A stretch of 64,000 nt of DNA from Nymphaea colorata (lineage: Eukaryota). The position numbers were made by a program, and so were the translations under genes. The number at the start of each line of letters is the position of its first letter. Positions within the stretch are counted from its first letter, which is position 1. The stretch is taken from NCBI RefSeq assembly GCF_008831285.2, contig NC_045138.2, positions 16,802,001 through 16,866,000 on the forward strand. The letters are read 5' to 3'. Shown piece after piece: positions 38,569-50,289 of the stretch. The notes beneath the pieces were generated by a model. That model ran no database searches and had not been told where the DNA came from. It worked only from the letters and a program-made list of their open reading frames with translations.

Positions 38569-39416
38569 TCACGCTTTATAAAGCAGCCTCCTGACGGCGT
38601 CAGCTTTGTCCTTCTCCACGGTAGCCAACAGCTGCTCGACCCTCCCCTTCACGACCCTCTCCTTCAGATCATCAACCTCCTTCTCCAAGCTCCTTAAGCG
38701 GCTGCAAGTCTCCTCCAGCACCACCGTTTGCGGCACCTGCACCACCAGCCATATGCTCAAAATGCTTCACATTGATGTTAATATTATAGGTAAGATCTAC
38801 TGCATCCCAAAGGCGTTTGGTCCAACAGTCAGGGTGAGAGCCAATAAGCGGTTGGTTTTAAGGGTGGGCATCGAGTTGGGCCGCCGTCGAGTACTCGGAA
38901 CCCAGCCTAAATCCGGGCCAAGAAAACCGGCCTCAATCCGGGCCAAGAAAGCCGGGTCGGACCTGACAGGCCGACCCGATGCCCACCCTTGGTTGGTTTT
39001 CGTTTCAAATCTGTTGAACCAGGCACGAAAAACAGGTAATGTATTTTAAGGGAATAAAGGAATAAATGCAGACTTCAGCCTTACGACAGGTAGTGGGGAA
39101 CCCACTCACCGGAAGGATAAAGATCTAATACCAATCAACCAGTCTGCTATAGGCTCAGTAGTCCACAGAACAAAATAGATACTTCAGGGTTTTTATTTTT
39201 TATTTACATATGAGTGCCCTTTAAAATTTGATATTTAAAACAATAGTGCCCCTAAGCCAGAAAATTCTGTGACTCCACAGTAAATCAACCAACCTGAGGT
39301 GTGTTGCGAAGCTCCGGAAGCAAGTTCTTCAGCTGCTTTATCAGTTGTTCGACCTTCTGGTCGGTCGAACCTGAGGAACATGCACTAACGGGTGAGTTTG
39401 ATCCCGAGCTAGACAT
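38569..39416 (-). CDS. PRE/ILI-family atypical HLH protein, type B copy 1 (96 aa)
   Basis: Exon 1 39416-39294 MSSSGSNSPVSACSSGSTDQKVEQLIKQLKNLLPELRNTPQ; exon 2 38736-38569 VPQTVVLEETCSRLRSLEKEVDDLKERVVKGRVEQLLATVEKDKADAVRRLLYKA. Same intron position and donor (GTTGGTTGAT) as type A; homologous 5' UTR and TATA. Confidence 0.85.
38859..38991. mobile_element. hAT-type MITE (133 bp) in the intron of PRE B1
   Basis: TIR (T/C)AAGGGTGGGCATC...GATGCCCACCCTTG and 8-bp TSD GTTGGTTT on both sides. Confidence 0.9.
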
Positions 39417-39777
39417 CTTCACTGGAGAGGGATAGCGAGGGAGAGAGTGTCAAGTTCTTGGTTTGCTATCAAGTCGCAGACTGAGTGAAGGAGAAGAGAG
39501 AGGAGCAAGGAAGGGCGTGTTCGTGGGGAGGAGGAATGGCCTGAGGTTGGTATTAAATAAGGTTGCGCAGAGAGAATCATATTCAAGAGATGCACCATAA
39601 AAAATCCTGACTCCACCTTCCATGCCAAAGCAGAAAGATTGAAATATTATTGTCATTGATTTTACAATCAACAAGTATGCACAAGGCTTCTGATAAATCT
39701 CAAGTTTACAGGCTGTTAATTAAATTAAAGGCAAAATTTAAGATTTTTCTTCCTTATGTGTACCTAAGATTTTGTCG

Positions 39778-40328
39778 AGCTCGGTTTGGATGAATGAAAA
39801 TGAATGGAAAGGGAAGGATGAAAATAAATGAAAAGAAAAGGAAGGAGAAGGGAATGAGGTGCTAAATAAGAAGAAAGAAAGTAAAAGGAAATAGATGATT
39901 ATAAAACTTGTTTGAACAGAAAGGAAACAAGCAAAGCTTTTCATTTTATTTACATTGAGTTATAATTTCATTTTCTTTGCAACCAAACATGTTTTTTTTT
40001 TTTTCTTTCCTTCACTTCCTTCTTAATCAACCATTAAACATCAAATTCACTATATTTTCCTTTTATTTCCCTCCATCCTAACAAGCCATCCTGCAGATTT
40101 GAAATCCATGGGCCATATGTGGATCATATGACAAAAGATCTATGGTAAAGCCCATGCTACATCAAACAAATGATCTTAGGTCAGACTTAAGATTCACAAT
40201 TAAGGCCCTTATTTTATTTCTTTGAATAAAAAAAATGCTGCATTTGAAATCAGAGTGGGGGACCGAACTTCAATCCCTGGTCTACAAATCCTAAGGATCT
40301 CAATTCCAAAGCCATCAAATGCCCCCTA
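39778..40328. mobile_element. Probable Tourist/PIF-like MITE remnants in the PRE B promoter (paralog ~58412-58962)
   Basis: Block absent from the homologous type-A promoter after aagattttg. Ends resemble GGCTTGTTTGGATG-type TIRs (gtttggatg...catcctaacaagcc) and ...caaatgccccc-TAA. Confidence 0.45.
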
Positions 40329-41779
40329 AGTGAAAGGGCAGGAAGTACTGCAACATTTTCCTATTACATACGGTCAATCAAAGAAGTTTTTTGTTATTCA
40401 GATGCTTTTTGTTCGATTGAATGACAAACTTGGATTTAAATTTGCAAAGGGCAAATTAATCCGACAACCAAGTAGCACAATTCAGATATTTCTTGATTCG
40501 ACTTGAAGCCAAACTTGGATCTTAATATGAAAAAAAGGCCAATTTTAACTGTAAATATACGTTTGAAAAAAGAAATCAAAGATTTCAGGTCCATTTATAT
40601 CTATGTAAAACTATTCAAATGTTTTTTTATTGGTCTATTTATATCCATGTAAGACTATTCAAATGTTTTTTTTATTGGTCTTGAAGCCAAACTTGGATTT
40701 CAATATGAAAAAGGCAAAATCATTTAACTGTAATTATGCTTCATTTAACAATCTGCACCAAAATATTTGGGCATCCTTAAACGCAAATGATTAAAATGAC
40801 AGTTCTCTTTTGCTTGGTAGCCGAGATATACATGGATTAATAAAATACTTTTCCTTATAATTTTCAATATAAGATTTTTTTTCTTTCTGCACAAGAGAAC
40901 GCATACTCCATGAGAAATTTTTTTATTAAATACCAGCTTTTCGCATCTACTTTTAAGTACTTAGATGTTAGTATGAAGAAAATGAAAAAAACGAAAGCAG
41001 TAATGACCCTGTGTTAGTGTGCATAGATAGCTGAGACGATGATGAACCAATTAATAAATGAAGAAAAAAAGGAAAATGAAGACTGTATAAGGTGAAGAAT
41101 TAGCAAAAGAAAACATTGTGGCCTAAATGATCAAACGTACTATATTAAGTCATGGTTAACCTACTAAAGCAACATATCTTGAAAAACATCTAAAAGAAAC
41201 AAAAAAGCACAGCAAATTATAGCATCACACAAGCACACACATGCACACCGATGGCGAAAGTGTACACGTGTCTTAGATATTAAAGACTGTTACAAAAAAG
41301 AAAAGGGAAGAAAGTCCAAGTTTATCTAGGATGTTCATTGCTGGTATCGTACAGTAGATTCTTGTTGAGCTCTTCATTTCGAGGTCTGGTTCATCTTTGC
41401 TGTTCGAATTTCTAGCATTTGAGGCTAATAGATTTGGCATTTGGGATTCATGCTAAATTATGTTTATTAACATGGAGAAGGTTTCTATGATCTGACATAA
41501 ACTTTACAACAGATGATTGAACTTGATCCTCCACTTCCAGCTTCAGCTGTGGATAGGAATTGTGTGTGCACAAACAGAGCACTTTGCTTCGATCAACGGT
41601 CTTTCAGTCGGGTACCCATCGGTTTCTTTCAGTCCGTAAAAACTGATTAATTTGGGGAAATCTCCAGCCATAGTCGATCGCTAGCTTGTTCAACCAGCAG
41701 CTAAAGGAGCTACCCCAAAACCCTCACATGCCACCCATCTCACCATTTTCATCGTCTCTTTTCCTCCTTGTGTGCTGCA

Positions 41780-43020
41780 AATTTCTTATGTCACAGTCTT
41801 TCTTCCACTACAGATGAACGAGCAACTTGTATAGCATCTAGCGCAACTGATATTTATTGTGGAAACTGATTGTAGTTTAAGAATAACTAAGTTATGGGAA
41901 GTTGTTAACTGCCTTTCCAATTTCGTTACTTGCATGTCTTTGAACTTGGGTTGGTCAGATTTGTCTCTTACCATCACCTCTTGTAAGTTATCTGTGTCAA
42001 AGTACGGGAAATCATCTGTTTTAGTAGACAAATTAAATTTTGTTTTAGTATTTACTAGAAAAACATGATGGATATATGCCATGTGCTAGAAGAGTTATTT
42101 CTGGATCTACTTGTCTTAAACACACTTCCTGTCTTCGTCAAGTACTTTAATAAGGCATTGACGCTATTGTATCATGTTCATGACGATTGAACATGATTTT
42201 TAAGAAACTTCAATCTAAGCTGTGGTATTTATAATCTTAGCTACAGTTTTGAAATTCTGATGTTGCAGAAACCTACAGAAAACGGTGTGCTAGAACATCT
42301 AAATGTCAGAATTGAATTCTTGTGTGGAAATTTTCATCATTTTCCCTACCTTTGACATCATAAATATATTGCCAAGAGAACTGATTTAGCATTGTCTTGT
42401 GATCCCTATGCTTGATATGGTTTTTGAAGCAACAGCATAATATTTCGCCTCACCACATTCTCCTTTGAACCATCCATCTATTGAATTAGAAATAATCTGG
42501 GCATGAGCTAAACTGAGATATTATGTTGTTACTGGGAACATGGTCCATTTCAGCAAACTCCTGATCAGGTGGGTCATAATTTTAGTCGAATTATATGATG
42601 GGCTTGAGAAGGTAAGAGGCAATAATTGGTGCTCATATGACCGTTGTTTTGGTGGGGATTATAATGGCCAATATTTGGTCAATATTTTTGCCGCTATAAT
42701 TTTTATCCATGCTATATCAAACAGGGTGAAACGTTACCATATCTATGCAAATCACACACCCACGGATTTTTGTTTATGGATTTATTTTCAAGAATGGAAA
42801 TCCAGGGATTTCTATCCACAGATATTTGTCTGTGGCATTCAAACACCCCTTAGTGAAAGGCTACAACCATGTATGTCTTATATTGAAGTAATGCGATCAA
42901 TGAAGGCTTATAAAATCTTCAAATCCGTGATACTAACTTTCTGGGAAATGATGTCTTCCGTTAGAATGTACATGTGTGCTATACCGTTTTGTATATTTTC
43001 TGTAAAAATACATTTGAAGA
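41780..43020 (-). mobile_element. Possible highly degenerate MULE/MuDR transposase remnant (paralog ~60420-61420)
   Basis: Minus-strand fragments in MULE order: HTC, DGWFKGECG (cf. DGTFLKGKYG), ENDENF, HTVFCRFLQHQNFK (cf. HRxCxRHLxxNF), SVNALLK (cf. ESFNAxI). Heavily frameshifted. Confidence 0.4.
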
Positions 43021-43030
43021 GGTAGGAACC

Positions 43031-43312
43031 TGTTGGAGTGCGGAGCTTGATTCATATTTGATAGCCTTCCCTAGTTTCTGTAAAGGCATTTATGTCATTT
43101 TTTTTTTTGTTTTTATGGGTTTTGCCCTAGTCTTATGTTTATGAGTTATTTGTTTGGCTTGTACTTAGTATTCTTCTGTGATAGTGAAAATTGCTCTATG
43201 TGGTAACCGTAAACATAGGAGAATGTTATCTTTTAACCTAGTAAATCTTTGTCTTTCTAATTTTTATTCTATTGCTATGTTAAAAGAGTATGAGAGAGTC
43301 TCGTTCCAAATA
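43031..43312 (+). mobile_element. Diverged solo LTR related to the copia LTRs (paralog 61433-61719)
   Basis: Begins TGTTGG and shares tgtaa.ggcatttatgtcatttt, gggtttgcccta.tc.tatg, cataggaga and taaatctttgtc blocks with the 31627 and 50290 LTRs. No PBS follows. Confidence 0.7.
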
Positions 43313-43894
43313 TAACTGACCTTCATGGAGTTATGGTTAGAGGGCGATAACTTGGATGGTTGGCAAGAACAAACATTTAATTTAATAAAATGGTACTGCT
43401 ATACTTGGCTTCAATGTTCCTAAAACTTAGTTTGATCTTTTGCAAGGTGAAAGAAGGGGATTTCCTGTTTTGGAAGTTCTAGGAATGGTAAAAATAGAAC
43501 GCCCTGTTCTGCCTCTTTACCTGACAACGAATCAAACACAGTTTTAAAGTTGAACCATGAGGGAACCAGTAAACTGATTTGGGCAGTCTAAGCTTCTGTT
43601 TATATTAAAAATTAATTAACTAGGTTAATTTAATAAAAAATGAAAAGCAGCTAACTACGATGCAAATAAGCAATTGATACACAATTGACGGCATTGCAAC
43701 TAAATAGGATGTGCATCTATAACAAATTGTTCCTTTGGAAATAAGGAAGTAGGGTTGGCGAGAGGTCACCAATTAAGCTGCTAGTAATATAGTCGTGGAT
43801 TATTAATCACCTTACAAGACTTTAAGTTCAACCTTCCAACCGGTAGATGGTGCATTATTGGGCACGATCAAATCGAAATTTTTAGTGGTAATAT

Positions 43895-44085
43895 CGTAAC
43901 ACTCCATAAATTTAGTCATGTATCAAAAATTATATGGGATCTTCAAAGGCTTATAAAGGGAGACCATTAATGAGATTATTGTCTTAGTTTATAGTCTTTT
44001 TCAGGTCAAAGCCAAAACTGCTAGAGAGTAGGTTGAGATCCGTTGAACCAGGGGCTCGAACCCAAGAGTAGGTCGAGTTGTTATA
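43895..44085. mobile_element. Short degenerate solo LTR/TRIM-like element (191 bp), copy 2
   Basis: Paralog of 25050-25240; cgtaacac...gttgttata with aatat/gatat flanks. Confidence 0.5.
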
Positions 44086-45740
44086 GATATAATCATATTC
44101 AACAGTCGTTATAGCTGATCTTATGACCATTAAACTACTTGGTTATCTTCACAAAAGAGGCCTTGAGGCAGAATTAAAGTTCAATTGTTCATAATGGTTT
44201 CCATGGTAGTAGGTAGATGGCTGTCAGCACTAGGGATCCGTTTTATAGTTTGGTAAAGTGATCATTTTTTTTGGTTAGTTCTTCGTAATCTGTCCAATTC
44301 AAGCGAAAACCCGTAAACTGGAGGCATTTAATTAAGAAGGTGCATAATGGATATCAAGGCCACTATAAGTGACAAGATAAATTCCTAGTTCGACGTTGTT
44401 TCTTGACCTCATGACCCATCAAGGTCTAACGGCGTGTTTGGATGACGGACACCCTTATAGAAAGCTGTATTGAAAAAATTGGGTTTTAGATCATTTTTCT
44501 AAAAATTGGTTTCTAGATCATTTTCTCTTCATTAGAACTCAAATATTTCATTAGTCAAGCAAGAAGAGACGGATGAATCGCGCTATCATACTAATGAAAA
44601 CCAACTTTACCTTTCAAACAACAATTATGACCAGTGGCAGATTGCCTACACCAGCCTTTTAAAATTCCTTTAGTTTTAAATGGACATCTTTAAATCTTTC
44701 TATATATATATATATAAGTAAGTACTGCACCAAATATGAGTATTTTTATTTTTAAACAAGTGTCATTCACCGATGATATATATATATAAGTACTGCACCA
44801 AATATGAGTATTTTCACCGACGATGACATTTCCTTTTCTCATTTCTAATACAAAAAAACGGCTCTCAGGACATAATCGAGTTCCAGCACTGAAATTAGAA
44901 GTCCTAGATAATGTCCTCATTTCTGTGAGCGCTATGCTTTCTTGGGCTTATGCAGAAGCTGGTGCTCATCTTGTTCGAATGATAATGGAACAACTCTCTT
45001 TTGGACAGGACGAGAGAAATATTTCAGATAAATCTGAACTTCTACATAGTTTCAAAAAATTCATTGAATTTATTTTTGCCCGTTGCTTGCAAATGCCAAC
45101 TGCTCGCAGGCATTTTAACAAGTCATCAGGCTGAGAATGGCATGTTTTGAGTTGAAGTCGCTCTCTTTGGCTCTTATAATAAGGAAAAAACTATCTTTGA
45201 ATAAGAAAATTTAGAAATGCAAACATCTATATGCCTATGAATGGTTTATCATAGGCTCTCATCCCACAATGTGGGAAAATGAGAAAAATAGATAACACGT
45301 ACCTTCGCATGCATGAAAAATGTCAAAGATCAAACTTAAAGACACTTTTTTTCATTACAAGAAGAAAACACACAATACAACTCACAATCCCCAAGACATA
45401 CCACACAACTTCCAACCCGAAACATGTATTTATTTTCCCAAGACTAGAAACGCTCGACTCTTAACTTCCATCATGGTGATCCATGACGGCCACTACACGC
45501 ACACATGACACAAACACGAGACGACAGACAACTGACCGAGTTACATAAAGCAATACATCAACACAAACACGAGACGACAGACAACTGACCGAGTTACATA
45601 GACATCAACACAAACACGAGACCACCAACAACAGACCCGGCGACTCATGCACGCTGAGTAGCCATGACACAGCACCGCCCTTAACATTTTTGCCACAAGT
45701 TTCCGCCACTGACGTTCATAAGGACGGTCTGCAACACAGT

Positions 45741-46178
45741 CTAAGAAGAGTCTCCTCCACTAAGCTGCCTCAGCAGCCTCCGGATGGCGGCAGCTTGGGC
45801 ACTGTCCATGTTGGCCAACTGACCGGCGATCCTCTGGCTGAGGTCACCCACCTGATTCTGCAAGTCCCTGATGTAGTTGCAGATCTCGTCCAAGGCCCTC
45901 TCTGGCGTTACCTGCACCACCACCCACCACCAATATACTCAGAATACTTCGATTAAAACTAAAGATAAAGGGAGGAAAAGTGAAAGAAGCGAAACAGAAG
46001 GAAAGAATGCCGATCAACCAACCTCGTTCGCGGGCCTGTTGCGAAGCTCTGGTATCAACGACCGCAGGTTGTTTATGAGCTCTCTTTGCTGCTCATCGGA
46101 CATCCTTGGAGTTGAAGAAGTGCTAGATCGTCCGCGTGAACTTGATCGCCCGCGTGATCTTGATCTCCTGCCAGACAT
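45741..46178 (-). CDS. PRE/ILI-family atypical HLH protein, type A copy 2 (108 aa)
   Basis: Exon 1 46178-46023, exon 2 45911-45741. Near-identical to A1 (one A->S change, one extra C-terminal Ser). Confidence 0.88.
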
Positions 46179-49100
46179 CTCGCCGGATAGTGGGTGTCTA
46201 GTTCTTGGCTTACTATCAAAAGCAGCAGCCTGAGTCAAGAGAGAGGAGCGAGGAAGGCAGTGTTCATGGGGAGGAGCCATGGCCTGAGGTTGGTATTTAA
46301 TAAGGTTGTCGACAGGAAATCATATTCGAGAGATCAACCAGGAACACCCCTGATGACAAAGCAGAAAGATCGAAATATGATTGTCATGGATGGCAGAAAC
46401 AAGAAATATCTACAAGGCTTCGCTGTTCATTAAATTAAAGAGAACTTCAAAGATTTTTTCCTGATTTATACTAAGATTTTGCTAAGCACCAAAGTCATTT
46501 CTTACTGTCACTCGAACCTGCATTTTGGTATTCAGATACGTTTTTTGTTCGACTTGAAGACAAAATTTGGAATTCAATTTGAAAGATGCAAATTAATCCA
46601 ATCATCATGTAGGAGTATTCAGATCTTTCTTGATTCACTTGAAGCCAAACTAGTATCTGAGTATGGAAATTGAGATCCGATTTTAATTGCAATTGTGCAT
46701 TTGGAAAAAAAGAATCAAGGATTTATTAGTTTCAGTGAGAAATGATCCAATAAAAGAGTCTGCAATTGGCAAGCATCTGCTACCCCTGCTCCCTCAAAGC
46801 ACGACAGCCGATTGGATTCAAATCAAGCCTTTTATATCCATGCAGGACTATTCAAGTATTTCCTAATTCAACTTAAACAAAAAGCCTTTCATTTGAATAG
46901 AAAAAAGCAAAATCCAGGTTCAACTGCAACTCTACATTTGGAAAAATCAAATATTTTTTGTTTCCAGATATCTCTTAATTCAATTGGAAACCACATTTGG
47001 ATTTGAATATTGTGAAAAAATAAAAAACCAATTTTTATCTGAAATTGTTCCTTTGAAAAATCAAATATTTATTAGTTTGTGAGAAGGAGGAGTATTTCAA
47101 TCTACCAAACAGAAGAAAGCCAAAGCTTATGCTCAATCTCTATTCCCCTATGATACAAGTATTAATAATGCCATATTACTAGTAATCCATTACAAGCATT
47201 TCCTGTCCCCACTCCCTCAAAGGATGCCAACCGATAGGTACTGAAAGGGAATATTCTAAAATATATCATATACCGGCTTTCAAGTAAATATTCAAGGGAA
47301 AATAATTTGAGGAGCCTTGATCGAAATATTATATTTCTAAGGAAGCGACCCCTCGCTTATTCTAGAATGTAATTGTAAAATGGGACGTGATGAGATATTT
47401 TCCGGGGTAGGGAACTCTGTTTCTGAAACTTCTAAATCTGATTGCAAAACAAGTGAGATCCAAATCAATTGTCACATCCAAGAACCAACATGTTTGCAAT
47501 AACTAAATTATGCAATAACTAAATTATGTAAATTCTAAATGAGTGAAATCCAATATATTGACATCTGGGTTTGCTCCTCACAACTTGTAGTCATATACAT
47601 TGCATTGGGTAGTGGGTTTATACATGCATGGACACAACAAACATTTTTAACATGCATTTTATAGTGTCTAACTAATAAAACAGGCTTAACTAAATAGCAC
47701 GTCCTATAACGTCCGAGATAATGAAAGAAGCAGAGACCGAACAAGTGTCATATAGCATTTGAGATGAATAACTGGCAAGATGCCCTATAGCGTTTGAAAT
47801 AACTAAAGTGGTATGAAATAATAAAAGGAGATGACCAAACAACAACTGTATGAGATAAGGAACTAGGTTGTATAGCATAAGAGATAACGACATGGGTATG
47901 AGATAACTAAACAAGACTTATAACATCTGAAATAACGACAAAAGTATGAGATAAGGAAACATGTCTTATAGTACCTGAGATAACGACATGAGTATGAGAT
48001 AAGAAAACATGTCTTATAATGTATAATGTATGAGATAACGAACCAAACATGTTACATAGTGTCAGAAATAAGAAAAGGGGTCTAAGATAATGACAAAGGT
48101 CTGAGATAAAGAAAAGGTGGAGACAAAAATAAACAGAGACGTATATTGGTCATAACGACGTGTATATACAAACTTACACAATCATTCCCACCTTCGCATC
48201 AGGGCATGCTTGATTAAAGTAAATTCATTGGTAGCCAATCTCGATTCTGTTGTCAAATCTCAAAACCTTAGATTACTATGTGGCACTTTAAATTCATTGG
48301 TAGCCAATCTCGATTCTGTTGTCAAATATCAAAACCTTAGATTACTATGTGGCAGCATCACAAGCCTATGTACAAAATTTTCGCGCACCATGAAAGTTTA
48401 TATAACCCGCTTCGCATGTACATAAGATGGCACAAGTTGATTAACCCAAAAATCAAACACATGAACATAATGAACACGATACATATCCACTTACATCATG
48501 TCATCATGTGAGCATGACAGATTAACATGCATACTAACCATTTCAGTATACATCACGCATAAGTGAGCATTGGTGATCATGTGCATGGATGCCAACAAAA
48601 CTGAGGAACGGATGTTAGGAACTAAGATAATCATACTGATATTAATCGTGCGTCCTGATAACAATCAATCACACTAATTAGGCACATACATATAACTTGC
48701 TTGATTACAATGAAAGCGGGATTAGAGAGAGACAACGTACTCTCCTGACCAGAAAAGTTCCACCGAATATTGGAAATGAAAGAGAGTGGAGAAACAAACA
48801 TTGATGCGGAAGAGATAGAAGAAACAAGAAGATTGAGAAAGAGCGCACCAAGCAAAGAGAGAACACACTCAAAAATCTTAAGGTGGGTTTTCCTACCCAT
48901 TAAGAAAACATATGATTTGGTTAATAGTTTATAATAGTACAGTAATTAATGTCTTTCTATATATATCAATAATTAATGTCCCGTTTTCATTATATAGCAC
49001 ATTGTTGCTGGTTTGCTGCTTTACTTCTTTGGTCTGCGAGCGTTGTTTTGGGTCTTATGGACCAATTTTTCATCTTCTCTCTCAGTGGCAGGGGTCATGG

Positions 49101-49257
49101 CCCCACCTCTGGTCATTTAAAAAATTAAAAAAATTACATATAAATTTTAAAATATTTAATTTAACCTATTTAAAAACATTTAAAAATTATATTTTAGCCC
49201 TTATTTTAATGAAAAATTAATTTCCATCTCCACTCCTGTCTACAAGTTAAGGAAAAC

Positions 49258-49830
49258 CACAGTCACCTGGGTGCGTTTCATTTGAGCTCGCACCCGCACC
49301 GACGCGTTGCGGGTGTGGGTGCGCACCCAATCAGCACCCGATGATGAGCTCGCACCCAAACCGCACCCGGGGGTTGAATCTAGTTTCGAGTCAAAACCAA
49401 ATCCAAACCAAGTTCCTCCGCATGTATGGTTTGGACCTAAATCTGATTTCAGGAAAAAACCAGATCCAAAATCCACAAAATCAAATCCACCATTCTCACC
49501 CGTCGGCCGTTGCATCTAAGTTAATACATCTATAGATATATTATATGTTCTCTTTTTCCTTTAAAAAAAAAACGATACAGGACTAAAGAATGGTGGCTTT
49601 CATAAAACGATTTGTTTGCCTTTTTTTTCAAACATTTCTTTTTTGATTTTTTCCCATTATCATAAAATGTATAATTTTAATTGTGTTATTTAATTTCTAC
49701 AAAAAATTAATAATAATAATAATATTATTATTAATATTAATAAAATATCTTCACCGCACCGTCGCACCTAATTTTTTTGAGATGTGCCGCACCGGCACCG
49801 GCACCCGCACCCCACACACAGGTGACGTAG
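49258..49830. mobile_element. Non-autonomous hAT-like element (573 bp), present only in duplicate copy 2
   Basis: 8-bp TSD AGGAAAAC, imperfect TIR CACAGTCACCTG / CAGGTGACGTAG, subterminal CGCACC repeats. Empty site at ~31114-31121. Confidence 0.88.
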
Positions 49831-50289
49831 AGGAAAACATGCCGTCGTTAACGACTTTGCACTCTCTTCAATCCACTATAGCTCAAGGTAAAACTAAATT
49901 TGTAGAGGAACAAAATGGCAAACCTTCATGGACATTGGTGATTAAATTTGGCACTCTAAGATCAGGTATGTATGTCTTCTTGTGCATAACATTGGTGATT
50001 AAATTTTCATTCCCTTCAAAATAAGGACATATGCATTTGGTTTGGGTTTAATATATTTTATTTTGTTTGTCAGCAATATCCTTTCTTCCTTATAAGGATT
50101 CGTTTTATGGATTTATCATATGTTTTGTGTACTTAGATATTTGTATGAAAAAAAATGAAAGCAGCTATGACACTGTGTTAGTATGATTAGATAGCTGAGA
50201 CGATGAATGAACCAACTAATGGATGATTAAGAAAAAAAATGAAGAATGTAAGAGGTGAAGAATTAGCACAAGACAAACATTGTGGCCCG

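Larger units (their letters stand above)
24502..43348 (+). repeat. Tandem segmental duplication, copy 1 (~18.8 kb)
   Basis: Starts aacttggattgttggcaagaacacacatttaatttaa, which recurs at ~43349. ORF track shows paired near-identical ORFs (e.g. 26755/44823, 27943/46014, 38569/57175, 41859/60490). Confidence 0.95.
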
